Below are positions 1-10,016 of a DNA stretch of 64,000 bases, in pieces (position 1 is the first letter of the stretch; each line of letters starts with the position of its first letter). The stretch spans positions 4,901-68,900 of the forward strand of contig CASFSG010000018.1 of the NCBI GenBank assembly GCA_949297305.1. Direction: 5' to 3'. The notes under the pieces were generated by a model. The model was not told the DNA's origin, searched no databases, and saw only the letters and a list, made by a program, of their open reading frames with translations. A program made the translations under genes and the position numbers. This stretch comes from an uncultured bacterium. GTDB lineage: Bacteria > Bacillota_I > Bacilli_A > RFN20 > CAG-826.

Positions 1-1
1 T

Positions 2-1528
2 TCAAGAAAATCTATCTCTGCTTTGATGGATATTCGCCCTGATTACGCAAATAAGAAAGTCGATGGACTCTTACAAAAGGTTGATCCTAGTGAAATTAAA
101 GTAAACGATATAATCGTTGTTAATCCTGGTGAAAAAGTGCCATTAGATGGAATAGTTATCAAAGGTAATTCGACCTTAGATGTTAAAGCTTTAACTGGCG
201 AATCATTGCCAAAAGAAATCAATACAAATGATCAAATTATCAGTGGAGCAATCAATTTAACGACAAAATTAGAAATACGCGTCTTAAAAGAATTCTACGA
301 TTCAACTGTTTTTAAGATTTTAGAATTAGTCGAAAATGCTTCAAGTCAAAAATCTAAGACGGAAAATTTTATCTCGAAATTTGCTAAATTTTATACTCCG
401 CTTGTTTGCGTTATCGCTCTTTTATTAGCGATTATTCCTAGTTTAATTACTGGCGATTGGTCAACTTGGTTATATCGCGGCTTATCTTTTTTAGTCGTTT
501 CTTGTCCTTGTGCCTTAGTCATTTCAATTCCCTTATCGTTTTTTGCTGCGATTGGGGCGTCTTCGCGTCATGGCATATTAATTAAAGGTTCAACCTTTCT
601 TGAACAATTTAATCAAGTAAAAACATTTGTCTTTGATAAAACCGGAACATTGACAAAAGGCAATTTCGTCATTAAAGAAATTGTTAGCAGTAAAAAGGAT
701 GAAATTTTAAAATATGCTGCGACGGCTGAATGTGGTTCTTCTCATCCTATCGCTAAAGTCATTTTAGCGTCTTACCAAGGGAAAATTCCCCAAGATTATG
801 AAATAAATAATATCGCAGGGGAAGGTATTATCGCCTCTAAAGATAATGACATCATCTATGTCGGCAACGAACTCATGATGAAAAATCATCAAATCGATTA
901 CCAAAGAAACGATTCGGTTGGCAGCGTCATCTATGTCGCTCATAACGATGAGTTTTTAGGCTCGATTGTCATTCAAGATGAGATTAAAGAAGATGCTAAA
1001 GCATTAATCGCTGAATTTAATAAAAACAATATCGAAAGTATCATGCTAAGCGGTGACAATGAAAAAATTGTTCAAGCAGTCGCTAAAGAGATTGGGGTAA
1101 CTAGATATCAAGCCGAACTTTTGCCGCAAGATAAAGTTGCCGAGTTAGAAAAAATTATTCAAGTAAAAAATAAAAAAGATCAAGTTTGCTTTGTTGGTGA
1201 TGGAATCAATGATGCGCCTTCATTAATGCGCGCGGACATCGGTGTCGCGATGGGGGGAGTTGGTAGCGATGCATCAATTGAGGCTAGCGATATCGTTTTA
1301 ATGCACGATGATTTAACAAATCTAATGTTAACCAAAAAGATTGCAAAAAAAACGATGAGAATTGTCTATGAAAATATCATTTTCTCTTTATTAATTAAAG
1401 TAGCAATCTTAATATTATCAGCTTTTGGTATCACCAATATGTGGGTAGCAATTTTTGGTGATGTTGGGGTTGCGATTATCGCCATTTTGAATGCTTTAAG
1501 AGTTAATAGCAAATATAAAATTAAGTAA
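2..1528 (+). CDS. cadA: Heavy-metal (Cd/Zn) P1B-type ATPase, 5'-truncated by window edge
   Basis: TGES, SCPC, DKTGT, HP, GDGIND motifs; K and DVG in the last TM helices typical of P1B-2. Frame is open to the window start (SRKSISALMDIRPD). Confidence 0.92.
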   Translation, partial: SRKSISALMDIRPDYANKKVDGLLQKVDPSEIKVNDIIVVNPGEKVPLDGIVIKGNSTLDVKALTGESLPKEINTNDQIISGAINLTTKLEIRVLKEFYDSTVFKILELVENASSQKSKTENFISKFAKFYTPLVCVIALLLAIIPSLITGDWSTWLYRGLSFLVVSCPCALVISIPLSFFAAIGASSRHGILIKGSTFLEQFNQVKTFVFDKTGTLTKGNFVIKEIVSSKKDEILKYAATAECGSSHPIAKVILASYQGKIPQDYEINNIAGEGIIASKDNDIIYVGNELMMKNHQIDYQRNDSVGSVIYVAHNDEFLGSIVIQDEIKEDAKALIAEFNKNNIESIMLSGDNEKIVQAVAKEIGVTRYQAELLPQDKVAELEKIIQVKNKKDQVCFVGDGINDAPSLMRADIGVAMGGVGSDASIEASDIVLMHDDLTNLMLTKKIAKKTMRIVYENIIFSLLIKVAILILSAFGITNMWVAIFGDVGVAIIAILNALRVNSKYKIK

Positions 1529-1630
1529 TGTTGGTGAATCAAATTGCTAATCAGCAGATTATATTTAATTTTAGAAGAAAAAATTTGATTAATGATTTAT
1601 TTATTTTGCTATTTATTTTAAAATTAAAAT

Positions 1631-2299
1631 ATGAAAAAAATCGACGAAAAATATTTTATTAAAGAAAAGCAAGTTAATTATAATCCAACCTTAGAATCGA
1701 CTTTAGAAGAAGGAGAATCGATCTTATGGCGAGCAAAGCCACTAAGAAAGTCCTTCCTCTTATCAGCTTTTTTCCGCTATTTCTTCTTCGCAATTATTTG
1801 GTTAATTTTTGACACATCTTTTGTCATAATGATGGTAATGTTTGGAGATGGAATGCCGTGGTTTGTTTATTTGATTTTAGGAATTGCTTTATTGCTCCAT
1901 CTAATGCCAGTATGGATGTGGGTAAGCGGGGTAATTTCGGCTAGTCGTAGACAAAAGATTGAAGAATATGCTTTTACTAATAAACGCATTTTAGTTAAAA
2001 AAGGTTTTATCGGTGCAAATATTATTACGATACCTTATTCTTCAATTACCAGCGTTAATTTTCGCGTTGGTCTAGTGGAAAGAATGTGTAAGGTTGGTGA
2101 TATCTATCTTGTTTATGGTAACCAAAAAGTTACATTGGAAGATATTGTTGACCCTTACTTTATTTATGAAAAACTGCAAGCAATCGCTAATGATATTAAA
2201 AGCGATATCATTTATCCTAACGCTTTAAGGCCCGATGTTAATCCTGGCTATAAGACATCTTATAAAGAAAAAGATTTTACCAAGCATATAAATAAATAA
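1631..2299 (+). CDS. Membrane protein with bacterial PH (bPH_2-like) domain
   Basis: LEEGESILW start, two TM helices, then YAFTNKRILVKKG...IPYSSI...GDI pattern. Confidence 0.7.
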   Translation: MKKIDEKYFIKEKQVNYNPTLESTLEEGESILWRAKPLRKSFLLSAFFRYFFFAIIWLIFDTSFVIMMVMFGDGMPWFVYLILGIALLLHLMPVWMWVSGVISASRRQKIEEYAFTNKRILVKKGFIGANIITIPYSSITSVNFRVGLVERMCKVGDIYLVYGNQKVTLEDIVDPYFIYEKLQAIANDIKSDIIYPNALRPDVNPGYKTSYKEKDFTKHINK

Positions 2300-2439
2300 T
2301 ATGCATTTTTTGAATTTATTTTAATCTATACCTTTTAGACACTAATATTTTATTTTGATATAAATAGCGATAGATTATTGCTTTTAAAATTTTAGATATG
2401 TTATGGTATGAATTATAAATAGCAAACAATCTAGTAAAT

Positions 2440-2467
2440 TTGACCCTGGGGGTGGGCTCATTATAAT
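2440..2467 (+). promoter_or_regulatory. SigA-type promoter for the 2510 gene
   Basis: TTGACC (2440-2445), 16-bp GC-rich spacer, TATAAT (2462-2467); AAGGAG RBS before ATG 2510. Confidence 0.7.
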
Positions 2468-2509
2468 ATAGACAACACATATAAATGTGTGGAAAAGGAG
2501 AAATAATTT

Positions 2510-3271
2510 ATGCAAAAATCTTACAAAAAAGCCCTAACAATTGGTATTGCTACCTTTAGTGCAGTGGCTTTAATTGCCACAGGTACTGCTGCCTTTATTC
2601 TTATGACGGGCGGAAGTGATTCATTGGACGGATCTGTCACAGTTGGTGAGGTTGAAGATAATAGTATCGTCGTTGATGCTTATATTGGTGATGCCGGTAC
2701 CAATTCGTTTAGTTATATTTTTGATTCAAAAGAAAACGATACAACTGGTCGCGTTCAATGGGACGGATCAACTCATGAGTCTTTAACTAACACAATTACT
2801 GTTTCGATTACTCCAGCCGCAGGTGCGGATATTACTCAAACAGATATTAATAACGGTTATTCATTAAGTTATACGGTGGAAGTTGTCGCTACTGGTGATG
2901 AAGCTACTACTTTTGCTAAGTATGTTACTACTAAAGGTGCATCGAGCGAAACAGCTGCTAGTGAAAAAGAATTTTTACAACTTACTAGTGGTACGTCGAC
3001 TGGCGATATTAGCAATGAAAATTTAGTAAGTGTCGGTGCATCTAACGCAATCACGATGCCTACTGAAACGAACACAACGACTACTTTTAGTGTAAATTTT
3101 GCTTGGGGTAGTTATTTCAATTATCAAAACCCATCGGAATATTATGATGGTGATGGTGCTAGTGTCTCTTTGGGCGATTCGACAACCGGCGTTAAAGGTG
3201 CTCTTAACAAATTACATTTATTAAACGGTATTAAGTTAAAGATTACCGTTAATGCTGTCAAAAATAGGTAA
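2510..3271 (+). CDS. Secreted SipW-type signal peptide protein, putative major fibre subunit (TasA/CalY-like)
   Basis: Signal ends ...LIATGTA-AFIL; Thr/Ser/Gly-rich beta content; no C-terminal anchor; own promoter and terminator directly upstream of sipW. Confidence 0.65.
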   Translation: MQKSYKKALTIGIATFSAVALIATGTAAFILMTGGSDSLDGSVTVGEVEDNSIVVDAYIGDAGTNSFSYIFDSKENDTTGRVQWDGSTHESLTNTITVSITPAAGADITQTDINNGYSLSYTVEVVATGDEATTFAKYVTTKGASSETAASEKEFLQLTSGTSTGDISNENLVSVGASNAITMPTETNTTTTFSVNFAWGSYFNYQNPSEYYDGDGASVSLGDSTTGVKGALNKLHLLNGIKLKITVNAVKNR

Positions 3272-3297
3272 TTTAGTGTTTGTTTGTTAATTAATAA

Positions 3298-3326
3298 ATG
3301 ACGCATGGAGTTAATCTATGCGTCAT
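3298..3326 (+). terminator. Stem-loop after the putative major subunit gene
   Basis: ATGACGCATGGA-GTTAA-TCTATGCGTCAT inverted repeat; weak U-tract. Confidence 0.65.
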
Positions 3327-3464
3327 ATGTGTTATTAAAATACCTAATTTTACTTCAAAAAAATTGTTCTTTATATATAATATAAAAACACCAAATTTTG
3401 CTTATGAAATCTAATAGGCGAGAAAGGAATTGATTGCAAGAAATATTTCGCGACATGAAAGATT

Positions 3465-4484
3465 ATGAGTAGTAGCCAAAAAGAACTTTTAGTGCTCATC
3501 GTCACCTCGTTGTGCGTCATTTCTTTAGCGATTGTTTTCACCCTTTTTTATCTTCATTATTATAAAAATTCCCTCGATGCGATTAAAGAAGGTCGCAGGG
3601 ACATCGAATTAATTGATGATAATATCAACGAACAAATCAAGGCAAAATCTAAAAAGCACAAAGCCTTTAAAATTGCGATGAAGGTTTTATCCTATTTAAT
3701 CAGCGCGATGGTCTTAGCGATTTTTATCATCGCTTTAATTAATCGTTTTAGCGGTGGTGATATCGTCGTTGGTAATTCGACAGTCATCGTCGTTAAGACC
3801 GGTTCAATGAGTGAAGTTAATGCCGCTAATAGGGAAGAATTAACTGGTTATGATAACCAAATCCCAACTTGGTCATTGATCGGAATTAGTAAGGTTAATG
3901 AAGAAGATTTAAAACCTTACGATGTCATTGCTTTTTTTGAAAGTAATTCTAATCAAATCATCATCCATCGCATCATTGATATTATGGAAGATGCAAATGG
4001 GCATTATTATGTAACTAGAGGCGATGCCTTAGCAAGTGAAGATGGTTATCATCCGCGTTATGAAGCGATTATTGGTCGCTATAACAACTTCCATATTCCC
4101 TATGTTGGTTTGTTTATCTACTTTTTACAGACTAATTCTGGGATTGTTACTATCTTATCAATTATTTACTGCTTAGTGCTCTTTGGTGTCTTAAGCGATA
4201 AAATCGCCAAAAAAGAAAAAGAAAGAAAAGATGAATTAATTTCTGTCATTGATATTGATTTAGCAATCAAAGAAGTCAATCACGATATCATCGAAAAGAT
4301 TTATTATCACGGTTATGTCTATTCATTTAAAAATAATGAGTTTATATCGAAAGAGAAAATTTTAGAAGGAGATGAACACCTACCATCTAAAAAGAACGAA
4401 TTGATTAAGGTTATTGAAAACCAAGACGAGACAAAAGTGATGTCGAGTATTATTGAGATATCTTTCAAGGAGGAAAATAAATGA
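3465..4484 (+). CDS. sipW: Signal peptidase I, SipW/ER-type (Ser-His)
   Basis: VVKTGSM (Ser), IIIHRII (His) and YVTRGDA boxes, flanked by TM helices. Confidence 0.85.
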   Translation: MSSSQKELLVLIVTSLCVISLAIVFTLFYLHYYKNSLDAIKEGRRDIELIDDNINEQIKAKSKKHKAFKIAMKVLSYLISAMVLAIFIIALINRFSGGDIVVGNSTVIVVKTGSMSEVNAANREELTGYDNQIPTWSLIGISKVNEEDLKPYDVIAFFESNSNQIIIHRIIDIMEDANGHYYVTRGDALASEDGYHPRYEAIIGRYNNFHIPYVGLFIYFLQTNSGIVTILSIIYCLVLFGVLSDKIAKKEKERKDELISVIDIDLAIKEVNHDIIEKIYYHGYVYSFKNNEFISKEKILEGDEHLPSKKNELIKVIENQDETKVMSSIIEISFKEENK

Positions 4485-6292
4485 AAAAAGTTTACTTCAC
4501 GCGCAAGAATTTAATTGAACTAGGACTAGTTTTTCTCTTCTATGTCCTATTTTTATTTATCTATGTTTGCGTCGATGGCAAGCATCTATTTTTCGCTGAA
4601 GAAAATCCAATTGAATTACTTTATTTAGGATTTAGTTTCCCATCTATTTCTTTAGGAAGTGTCGGCTATTTACTCGGCTTCTTGTTTTGCATCTATGGCG
4701 TTCTTTATGACGCTGGATTAATTCTAATTAGAAGGTTAATTAAATTTAGACGCGAAAGATTTTTCTCTACTAAATGGGTTTTAATTAATGTTGGTTGGGG
4801 AGCGGTTTGTTTGCTTTTAGGCTTTGGCTTAGGGACTATTTTGGCTGCGATTATTAGCAAAGATAATCTTCAACCACTTTTGATGGCTTTTGGTGGTACT
4901 CTCTTATTAACAGTTCTTTTATATCTGCTTTTAGCTTTAGTTATCGGGGCAATCTTTATGCTCATCATCAACTTTAAAAATATCGATAAACCATATCGCT
5001 TCTTTAATATTAGCGAAGAAGAACAATATGAACGCAAAATCGATTTAGAAGAAGAAAAAGATGAAGCTAAACAAAATGACGTCGGGGCTTCCTTTGGTGA
5101 AAGTAGCCTTACTAGTATCAATAATGTCGTTAGTGGAGTAAGTGCTGCCTCACCTACTGAAAGTGTTGTCTCAACCGAATTTAAACTAGGCGATCGCGAA
5201 AAAGTTTTCCCATCTTTATCGATGATTGATCGCGATTATTCTGGTTTTGAAGAAGATAAATTGCCCGATATCGATATCACTTTAGAAAATCTATGTCTTT
5301 TGTTTAGAAATTATTTATGTAAGAAAGAAAATCTATATTTCGACATTGAAACAATTCGTAGTTTCATTTCTGCCTTAGGGACGAGTAGAATTGTCATTTT
5401 AGAAGGTTTAAGTGGTACTGGTAAATCATCTTTACCGCGTTATTTTGCTAAATTTATTTCTTCGGAGCCAACCTTTATTGCTGTCCAAACAACTTTTAGA
5501 GATAAATCATCCCTAATTGGTTATTTTAATGATTTTAGTCAAACATATAATGAGACGGATTTTTTAAAAGCCTTATATCGCGCAAATTATCAAAAAGATC
5601 ATCTCAATTTTATGGTTTTAGACGAATTTAATATCGCGCGTGTCGAATATTATTTTGCCGATTTCTTATCTTTGCTTGAATATCCAAAACAAGATTGGAA
5701 AATTCGCGTGATGAATTTGCCTTATGATTTTAACGCTCCGGTGATGCTCCATGATGGCTTATTAAAAATTGAAGAAAATACCTTCTTTATTTGCACGGCC
5801 AATAAAGATGATTCAACCTTCACAATTTCTGATAAAGTTTATGACCGCGCGATCATTTTAGACTTTGATGATCGCAATGAAGAATTTAGTGTCGATGAAG
5901 AAGTTAGTGAGATTCATTTAAGTTATCACCAATTAATGGATTTATTTAACGCTGCTAAAAAAGAAAAGAAAAATAATTTGACGAGTGATGATTTAAGAAG
6001 ATTTAAGATTTTAACCGATTTTGTTTTAGATAATTTTGATGTTGCCTTCGGTAACCGCGTCCTCAATCAAATTGAAAATTTCGTGCCGATTTATGTTAAA
6101 ACTGGCGGTAATAAAGCCGAAGCTTTAGATTTTATGTTCGCGCGCAAGATTTTATATAAGATTGAAGGTCGTTATGAAGATTATATTAAAAATAGTCTCA
6201 TCGCTTTGAAGAAGTTAATTGAAAAAACTTATGCAAAAGATGAATTTAAGATGAGCAAGCATCTCATCGAAAGGATGATTAAGAGATTATAA
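4481..6292 (+). CDS. McrB-like AAA+ NTPase with N-terminal 4-TM domain
   Basis: GLSGTGKS, LDEFNIARVEYYFADFLS, TANKDDST, DKVYDRA; four hydrophobic helices in the first ~165 aa; ATGA overlap with sipW. Confidence 0.82.
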   Translation: MKKVYFTRKNLIELGLVFLFYVLFLFIYVCVDGKHLFFAEENPIELLYLGFSFPSISLGSVGYLLGFLFCIYGVLYDAGLILIRRLIKFRRERFFSTKWVLINVGWGAVCLLLGFGLGTILAAIISKDNLQPLLMAFGGTLLLTVLLYLLLALVIGAIFMLIINFKNIDKPYRFFNISEEEQYERKIDLEEEKDEAKQNDVGASFGESSLTSINNVVSGVSAASPTESVVSTEFKLGDREKVFPSLSMIDRDYSGFEEDKLPDIDITLENLCLLFRNYLCKKENLYFDIETIRSFISALGTSRIVILEGLSGTGKSSLPRYFAKFISSEPTFIAVQTTFRDKSSLIGYFNDFSQTYNETDFLKALYRANYQKDHLNFMVLDEFNIARVEYYFADFLSLLEYPKQDWKIRVMNLPYDFNAPVMLHDGLLKIEENTFFICTANKDDSTFTISDKVYDRAIILDFDDRNEEFSVDEEVSEIHLSYHQLMDLFNAAKKEKKNNLTSDDLRRFKILTDFVLDNFDVAFGNRVLNQIENFVPIYVKTGGNKAEALDFMFARKILYKIEGRYEDYIKNSLIALKKLIEKTYAKDEFKMSKHLIERMIKRL

Positions 6293-7662
6293 TGCGCCTC
6301 AGCAATGCGATAAGTTTATTTAATCAAGCCTCATCGTTAAAAAGTTCGCTTTTAATCGCGAATAGTTTTGAAGATTATTTCGCTACGCTTAACAAGATGA
6401 AAGTTATAGATCTTAATCAAGATAGTTATCGCATTGATTTTTTGACATTACAAGAATTGAACTCTTTATTAAATACCATTTTATCGATTACGCGTCGCCA
6501 TTATCGCTCTTTTAAAAATAATGAAATCGTTTTGCGAAGTGAACTCGTTAGAAACTTCGACAATGAATCATTTATTAAAACGACGAAAGAGATGTCGTTT
6601 TGGCATCAAAAAGATTTTAGCGTCAAGCCGATGTGGGTTTATACTTATGAAATGGTCGATGATTTAAATACTTATGAAAATCGTCTTGTTATTTCCGCTT
6701 TAAGACGCATTGAATTAATTATTAAAAATTATGATTATTACTACGCGCATCAAGTCGCAATATTAGAAAATAATTTAAACAAAAACGATTTTAGTTACGC
6801 TTCCTTTTTATATAAAGATAATCGCATCTTAAATGCGAATTTATTATCGAAGGAAAATGCTTCATCTAAGGAGATTGATGAATATATCTTAAAACTTAAA
6901 GCGAAGATTAAGAAAATTCAAAATACGCCTTTTTATCTCGCGTTAAAAGATATTCCTCTAGTTATAGGAAAAGTAGCGATGACAAACATCTTTAAAGAAA
7001 ATCATCTTTATAACAAAGTCTATCGCTTTTATTATCAAACCCATCAATATTTAAATCAAACATTAGGCGATGAATCATTAATAGATTATAGTTATTTTTT
7101 AATCATTAAAACTTTAATCAAACAGGGCTATCAAATTAAACAAGATAATTTAGCATTTCATTTGTTAAATGAAAAATCCATCATTTTAGCGACACCGATA
7201 AGGTTTTTAGGAAAAGATTTTAATTTAGAATTATCTTATCTAAAGGAGAAAAAAGCCTTTTTAATTAAAGTTATTAATGCCTGGCGAAAGAGTGATGAAT
7301 CGACAAATTTAATCTATCTTCATTATAGCTTCAATGATAACGAGGTTAATTTAACTCCTTTAAAAAGTGGCGAATATAATAATATCTATTTATATAGTTA
7401 TGACAAATTATGGGTTTATCAAAACGATCAATGGTCAGTTGCTAAATTTTCTTTAGAACAAACCGATCAAGATATTATTGACATTATTTTAAAATCATTC
7501 ACTAATATCATCGAAGGTAAAGATGAAATATATGCAACTATTTGTCCTTATTGTGGTAGTCGTTATCTTTTAGAAGAAAATAAAAGCTACCATTGTTTAA
7601 ATTGTCACAAAAATTATGTGATTTTGCGCAAAAATCAAATCTGGATTAAAGAAAATATATAG
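6292..7662 (+). CDS. DUF2357/McrC-like protein with C-terminal zinc ribbon and no evident PD-(D/E)xK site
   Basis: NTYENRLV and TNIFKENHLYNKVYRFY motifs; CPYC...CLNC at the C-terminus; TAATG coupling to the McrB-like gene. Confidence 0.68.
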   Translation: MRLSNAISLFNQASSLKSSLLIANSFEDYFATLNKMKVIDLNQDSYRIDFLTLQELNSLLNTILSITRRHYRSFKNNEIVLRSELVRNFDNESFIKTTKEMSFWHQKDFSVKPMWVYTYEMVDDLNTYENRLVISALRRIELIIKNYDYYYAHQVAILENNLNKNDFSYASFLYKDNRILNANLLSKENASSKEIDEYILKLKAKIKKIQNTPFYLALKDIPLVIGKVAMTNIFKENHLYNKVYRFYYQTHQYLNQTLGDESLIDYSYFLIIKTLIKQGYQIKQDNLAFHLLNEKSIILATPIRFLGKDFNLELSYLKEKKAFLIKVINAWRKSDESTNLIYLHYSFNDNEVNLTPLKSGEYNNIYLYSYDKLWVYQNDQWSVAKFSLEQTDQDIIDIILKSFTNIIEGKDEIYATICPYCGSRYLLEENKSYHCLNCHKNYVILRKNQIWIKENI

Positions 7663-7672
7663 GTAAAAATGT

Positions 7673-8425
7673 ATGGAAAATAGCGAAAAACAGGTGGCGA
7701 TAAAAATTGAGCATTTAAAAAAATCTTACGGCAAAAAAGAAGTTTTGCACGATTTAAATCTAGAAGTCTATCGCGGCGAACTCTTTGGCTATGTTGGAAA
7801 AAATGGCGTCGGTAAATCGACGACAATCGATTGTTTAATCGGAGCGAAGAAATTTGATGAAGGCCATATTTATCTTGGTGGCTATGAGATTAATAAAGAA
7901 CCTTTCCGCGCGAAAAAACAATTCGGCTATGTTAGCAGTGAGCCAGTGACATATGAAATGATGACTGGTTATGAATATTTGCAGTTTATTGGCTCAGTGT
8001 ACGCTATTAGTGATGAAGCCTATAAAAATAATCTTGCCTATTTATCTAATAAATTTGATTTACCATCGCGCGACTTGAATAGTGTCATCTCTTCCTATTC
8101 GCATGGGATGAAGCAAAAATTGTGTCTAATTGCTTCTTTAATGCATAATCCGGAGATTTGGATTTTAGATGAACCGACTGTTGGCTTAGACATTATGGTC
8201 TTTGAAACATTAAAGAATATGATGATGGAATTTACAAAACATGGTCGAACAATTTTTATTACTTCCCATAATATCGATTTAGTTGCTAAGATTTGTGACC
8301 GCGTCGCATTGATTAATAACGGGAAAATTGAAAAGATTGTCGATTTAAAAAACGATCCCGACAAACGTTATCAATTGCATAAAATATTTTTAGATATGTA
8401 CGCTTATAAGGAGAAAAATGCTTAG
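7673..8425 (+). CDS. ABC exporter ATP-binding protein
   Basis: GKNGVGKST, YSHGMKQK, ILDEPT, H-loop TSH. Confidence 0.95.
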   Translation: MENSEKQVAIKIEHLKKSYGKKEVLHDLNLEVYRGELFGYVGKNGVGKSTTIDCLIGAKKFDEGHIYLGGYEINKEPFRAKKQFGYVSSEPVTYEMMTGYEYLQFIGSVYAISDEAYKNNLAYLSNKFDLPSRDLNSVISSYSHGMKQKLCLIASLMHNPEIWILDEPTVGLDIMVFETLKNMMMEFTKHGRTIFITSHNIDLVAKICDRVALINNGKIEKIVDLKNDPDKRYQLHKIFLDMYAYKEKNA

Positions 8426-10016
8426 TTTAATTAAAAAAGAATTTAAATTAAATCCCTTCTTTTTAATTCCTAATAAAAAGAACTGGTTTTCTTTTATTAT
8501 CTTTTTCATTTTACTAATTGGCTTAATTTTATTAGAATCATTCATTTTTAATACTCTTTATCATCGTTTTGATGAATACGAAAATGGCGCTTTTGCTTTT
8601 AGCAATATTTTCTTAATTATCATCGCTTTTATTTCGTTATTAATTGCCATTTTTTATATTCAAAAAATATATTTTAATCAATTAGATATGTTTTTAATCA
8701 TCAATAAGCCTTTAGATTATGTCAAAATTTTATTATCGAAATTTCTATATGCTTTATTAGTTAATTACTTATCGTCCTTGCTCTTTACTTTGCCACTTTT
8801 TATCCTTTTAGCGACCTATCAAGAGGTTTTTAACTTCTTCACCTTCTTTATTGGTTTATTCTTCCCCTTGTTTTTATCTATCTTTAATCTTGGCCTAGCT
8901 TTAATTTTAGCGGTTCCCATTCAATATGCTTATAAATTCTTAAAGCAATTCCCTTTGTTACAATTATTAGTAGTTGCCATCTTTTTAGGTTTCTTCTGCT
9001 ATGGCTATTCCCTCGTTCTCAATTTGTTTATTGATTTAATTAATAACAATTCTTTAGGTACTTTATTTTCTGTCGATAGTTTAACGCGAATGACTTATCT
9101 TTCGACGCATTTTTATCCTTATTCTTTGCTGACGAATGGCTTTATTCATTATCATTATGGTCTATCCTTTACCGTCTTTTTATTAATCGCTATTAACCTA
9201 ATCTTGTTAGGTCTAATTCTCGTTGGTTTATTTTACCTAAAGCTCAACCAATTTACTTTTGTTTTAAAGCACCATAATAAAAGTCAATATCCCATTTTAA
9301 AAGATACGAAAGCAATCATTAAAAAAGAGTTTATTTTATTATTTAAAGAGAACAATACGACATATTCTTTCACCTCTTTATTAATTTTAGAACCAGTTTT
9401 AACTTATTTAGTAATCAACGCGATTAATGTCGCTCTTTTAAGAGGTAATCTATCAATTTATTTAGGTATTATGCCTTATTTATTAAATAATATCGATTTG
9501 TTAATTGCTCTATTATTTTCTAGCGTCATCTCTTTAAATGCAATCAACATTTATCAAAGTGAAAATAAAGCGATTAGAGTGATGAAATTTATCCCCTATT
9601 CGTTATATAAACATATCTATATTAAATTATTAATTCCTTATTTTGTCAGCGCGATAGCGACTATCATCGCCTTTATTATTTTAGTTTCTACCTCGTTAAT
9701 TGGAGTAGACACTTTCTTGATGGGTCTTTTGTTTGCCTTAGCAATTAATTTTGTTTTGATGGTCTTACTAATGCGCGCGCAATTAAGAAATGATAAATAT
9801 AAAAAGGTTAATAATTCTTTACCTTCTTTTATTTCATTTCTCGTTCCTTTAGCGATGGTGGTAATCAACGTTTTATTAGGTGCTTTTTTAGGCTTAAAAA
9901 ATATTTACACTTATTTAATTGATTTATTCATTATCGCTTTGCCTTTAGGTTATGTTATTTATTATTTAATCAAACGTTTTAAAGATGATGTTTACGCTTT
10001 GGAGGTCATCAATTGA
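8418..10016 (+). CDS. ABC-2 type exporter permease (duplicated multi-TM halves)
   Basis: About 12 or more TM helices; two halves each starting (L/I)IKKEF; overlaps the ATPase gene. Confidence 0.82.
   Translation: MLSLIKKEFKLNPFFLIPNKKNWFSFIIFFILLIGLILLESFIFNTLYHRFDEYENGAFAFSNIFLIIIAFISLLIAIFYIQKIYFNQLDMFLIINKPLDYVKILLSKFLYALLVNYLSSLLFTLPLFILLATYQEVFNFFTFFIGLFFPLFLSIFNLGLALILAVPIQYAYKFLKQFPLLQLLVVAIFLGFFCYGYSLVLNLFIDLINNNSLGTLFSVDSLTRMTYLSTHFYPYSLLTNGFIHYHYGLSFTVFLLIAINLILLGLILVGLFYLKLNQFTFVLKHHNKSQYPILKDTKAIIKKEFILLFKENNTTYSFTSLLILEPVLTYLVINAINVALLRGNLSIYLGIMPYLLNNIDLLIALLFSSVISLNAINIYQSENKAIRVMKFIPYSLYKHIYIKLLIPYFVSAIATIIAFIILVSTSLIGVDTFLMGLLFALAINFVLMVLLMRAQLRNDKYKKVNNSLPSFISFLVPLAMVVINVLLGAFLGLKNIYTYLIDLFIIALPLGYVIYYLIKRFKDDVYALEVIN

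Noticed and set aside
4481..7662. Calling the pair a canonical McrBC restriction system
   Set aside because: No DNA-binding N-domain, no visible nuclease motif and no defence-island context; kept only as McrBC-like.
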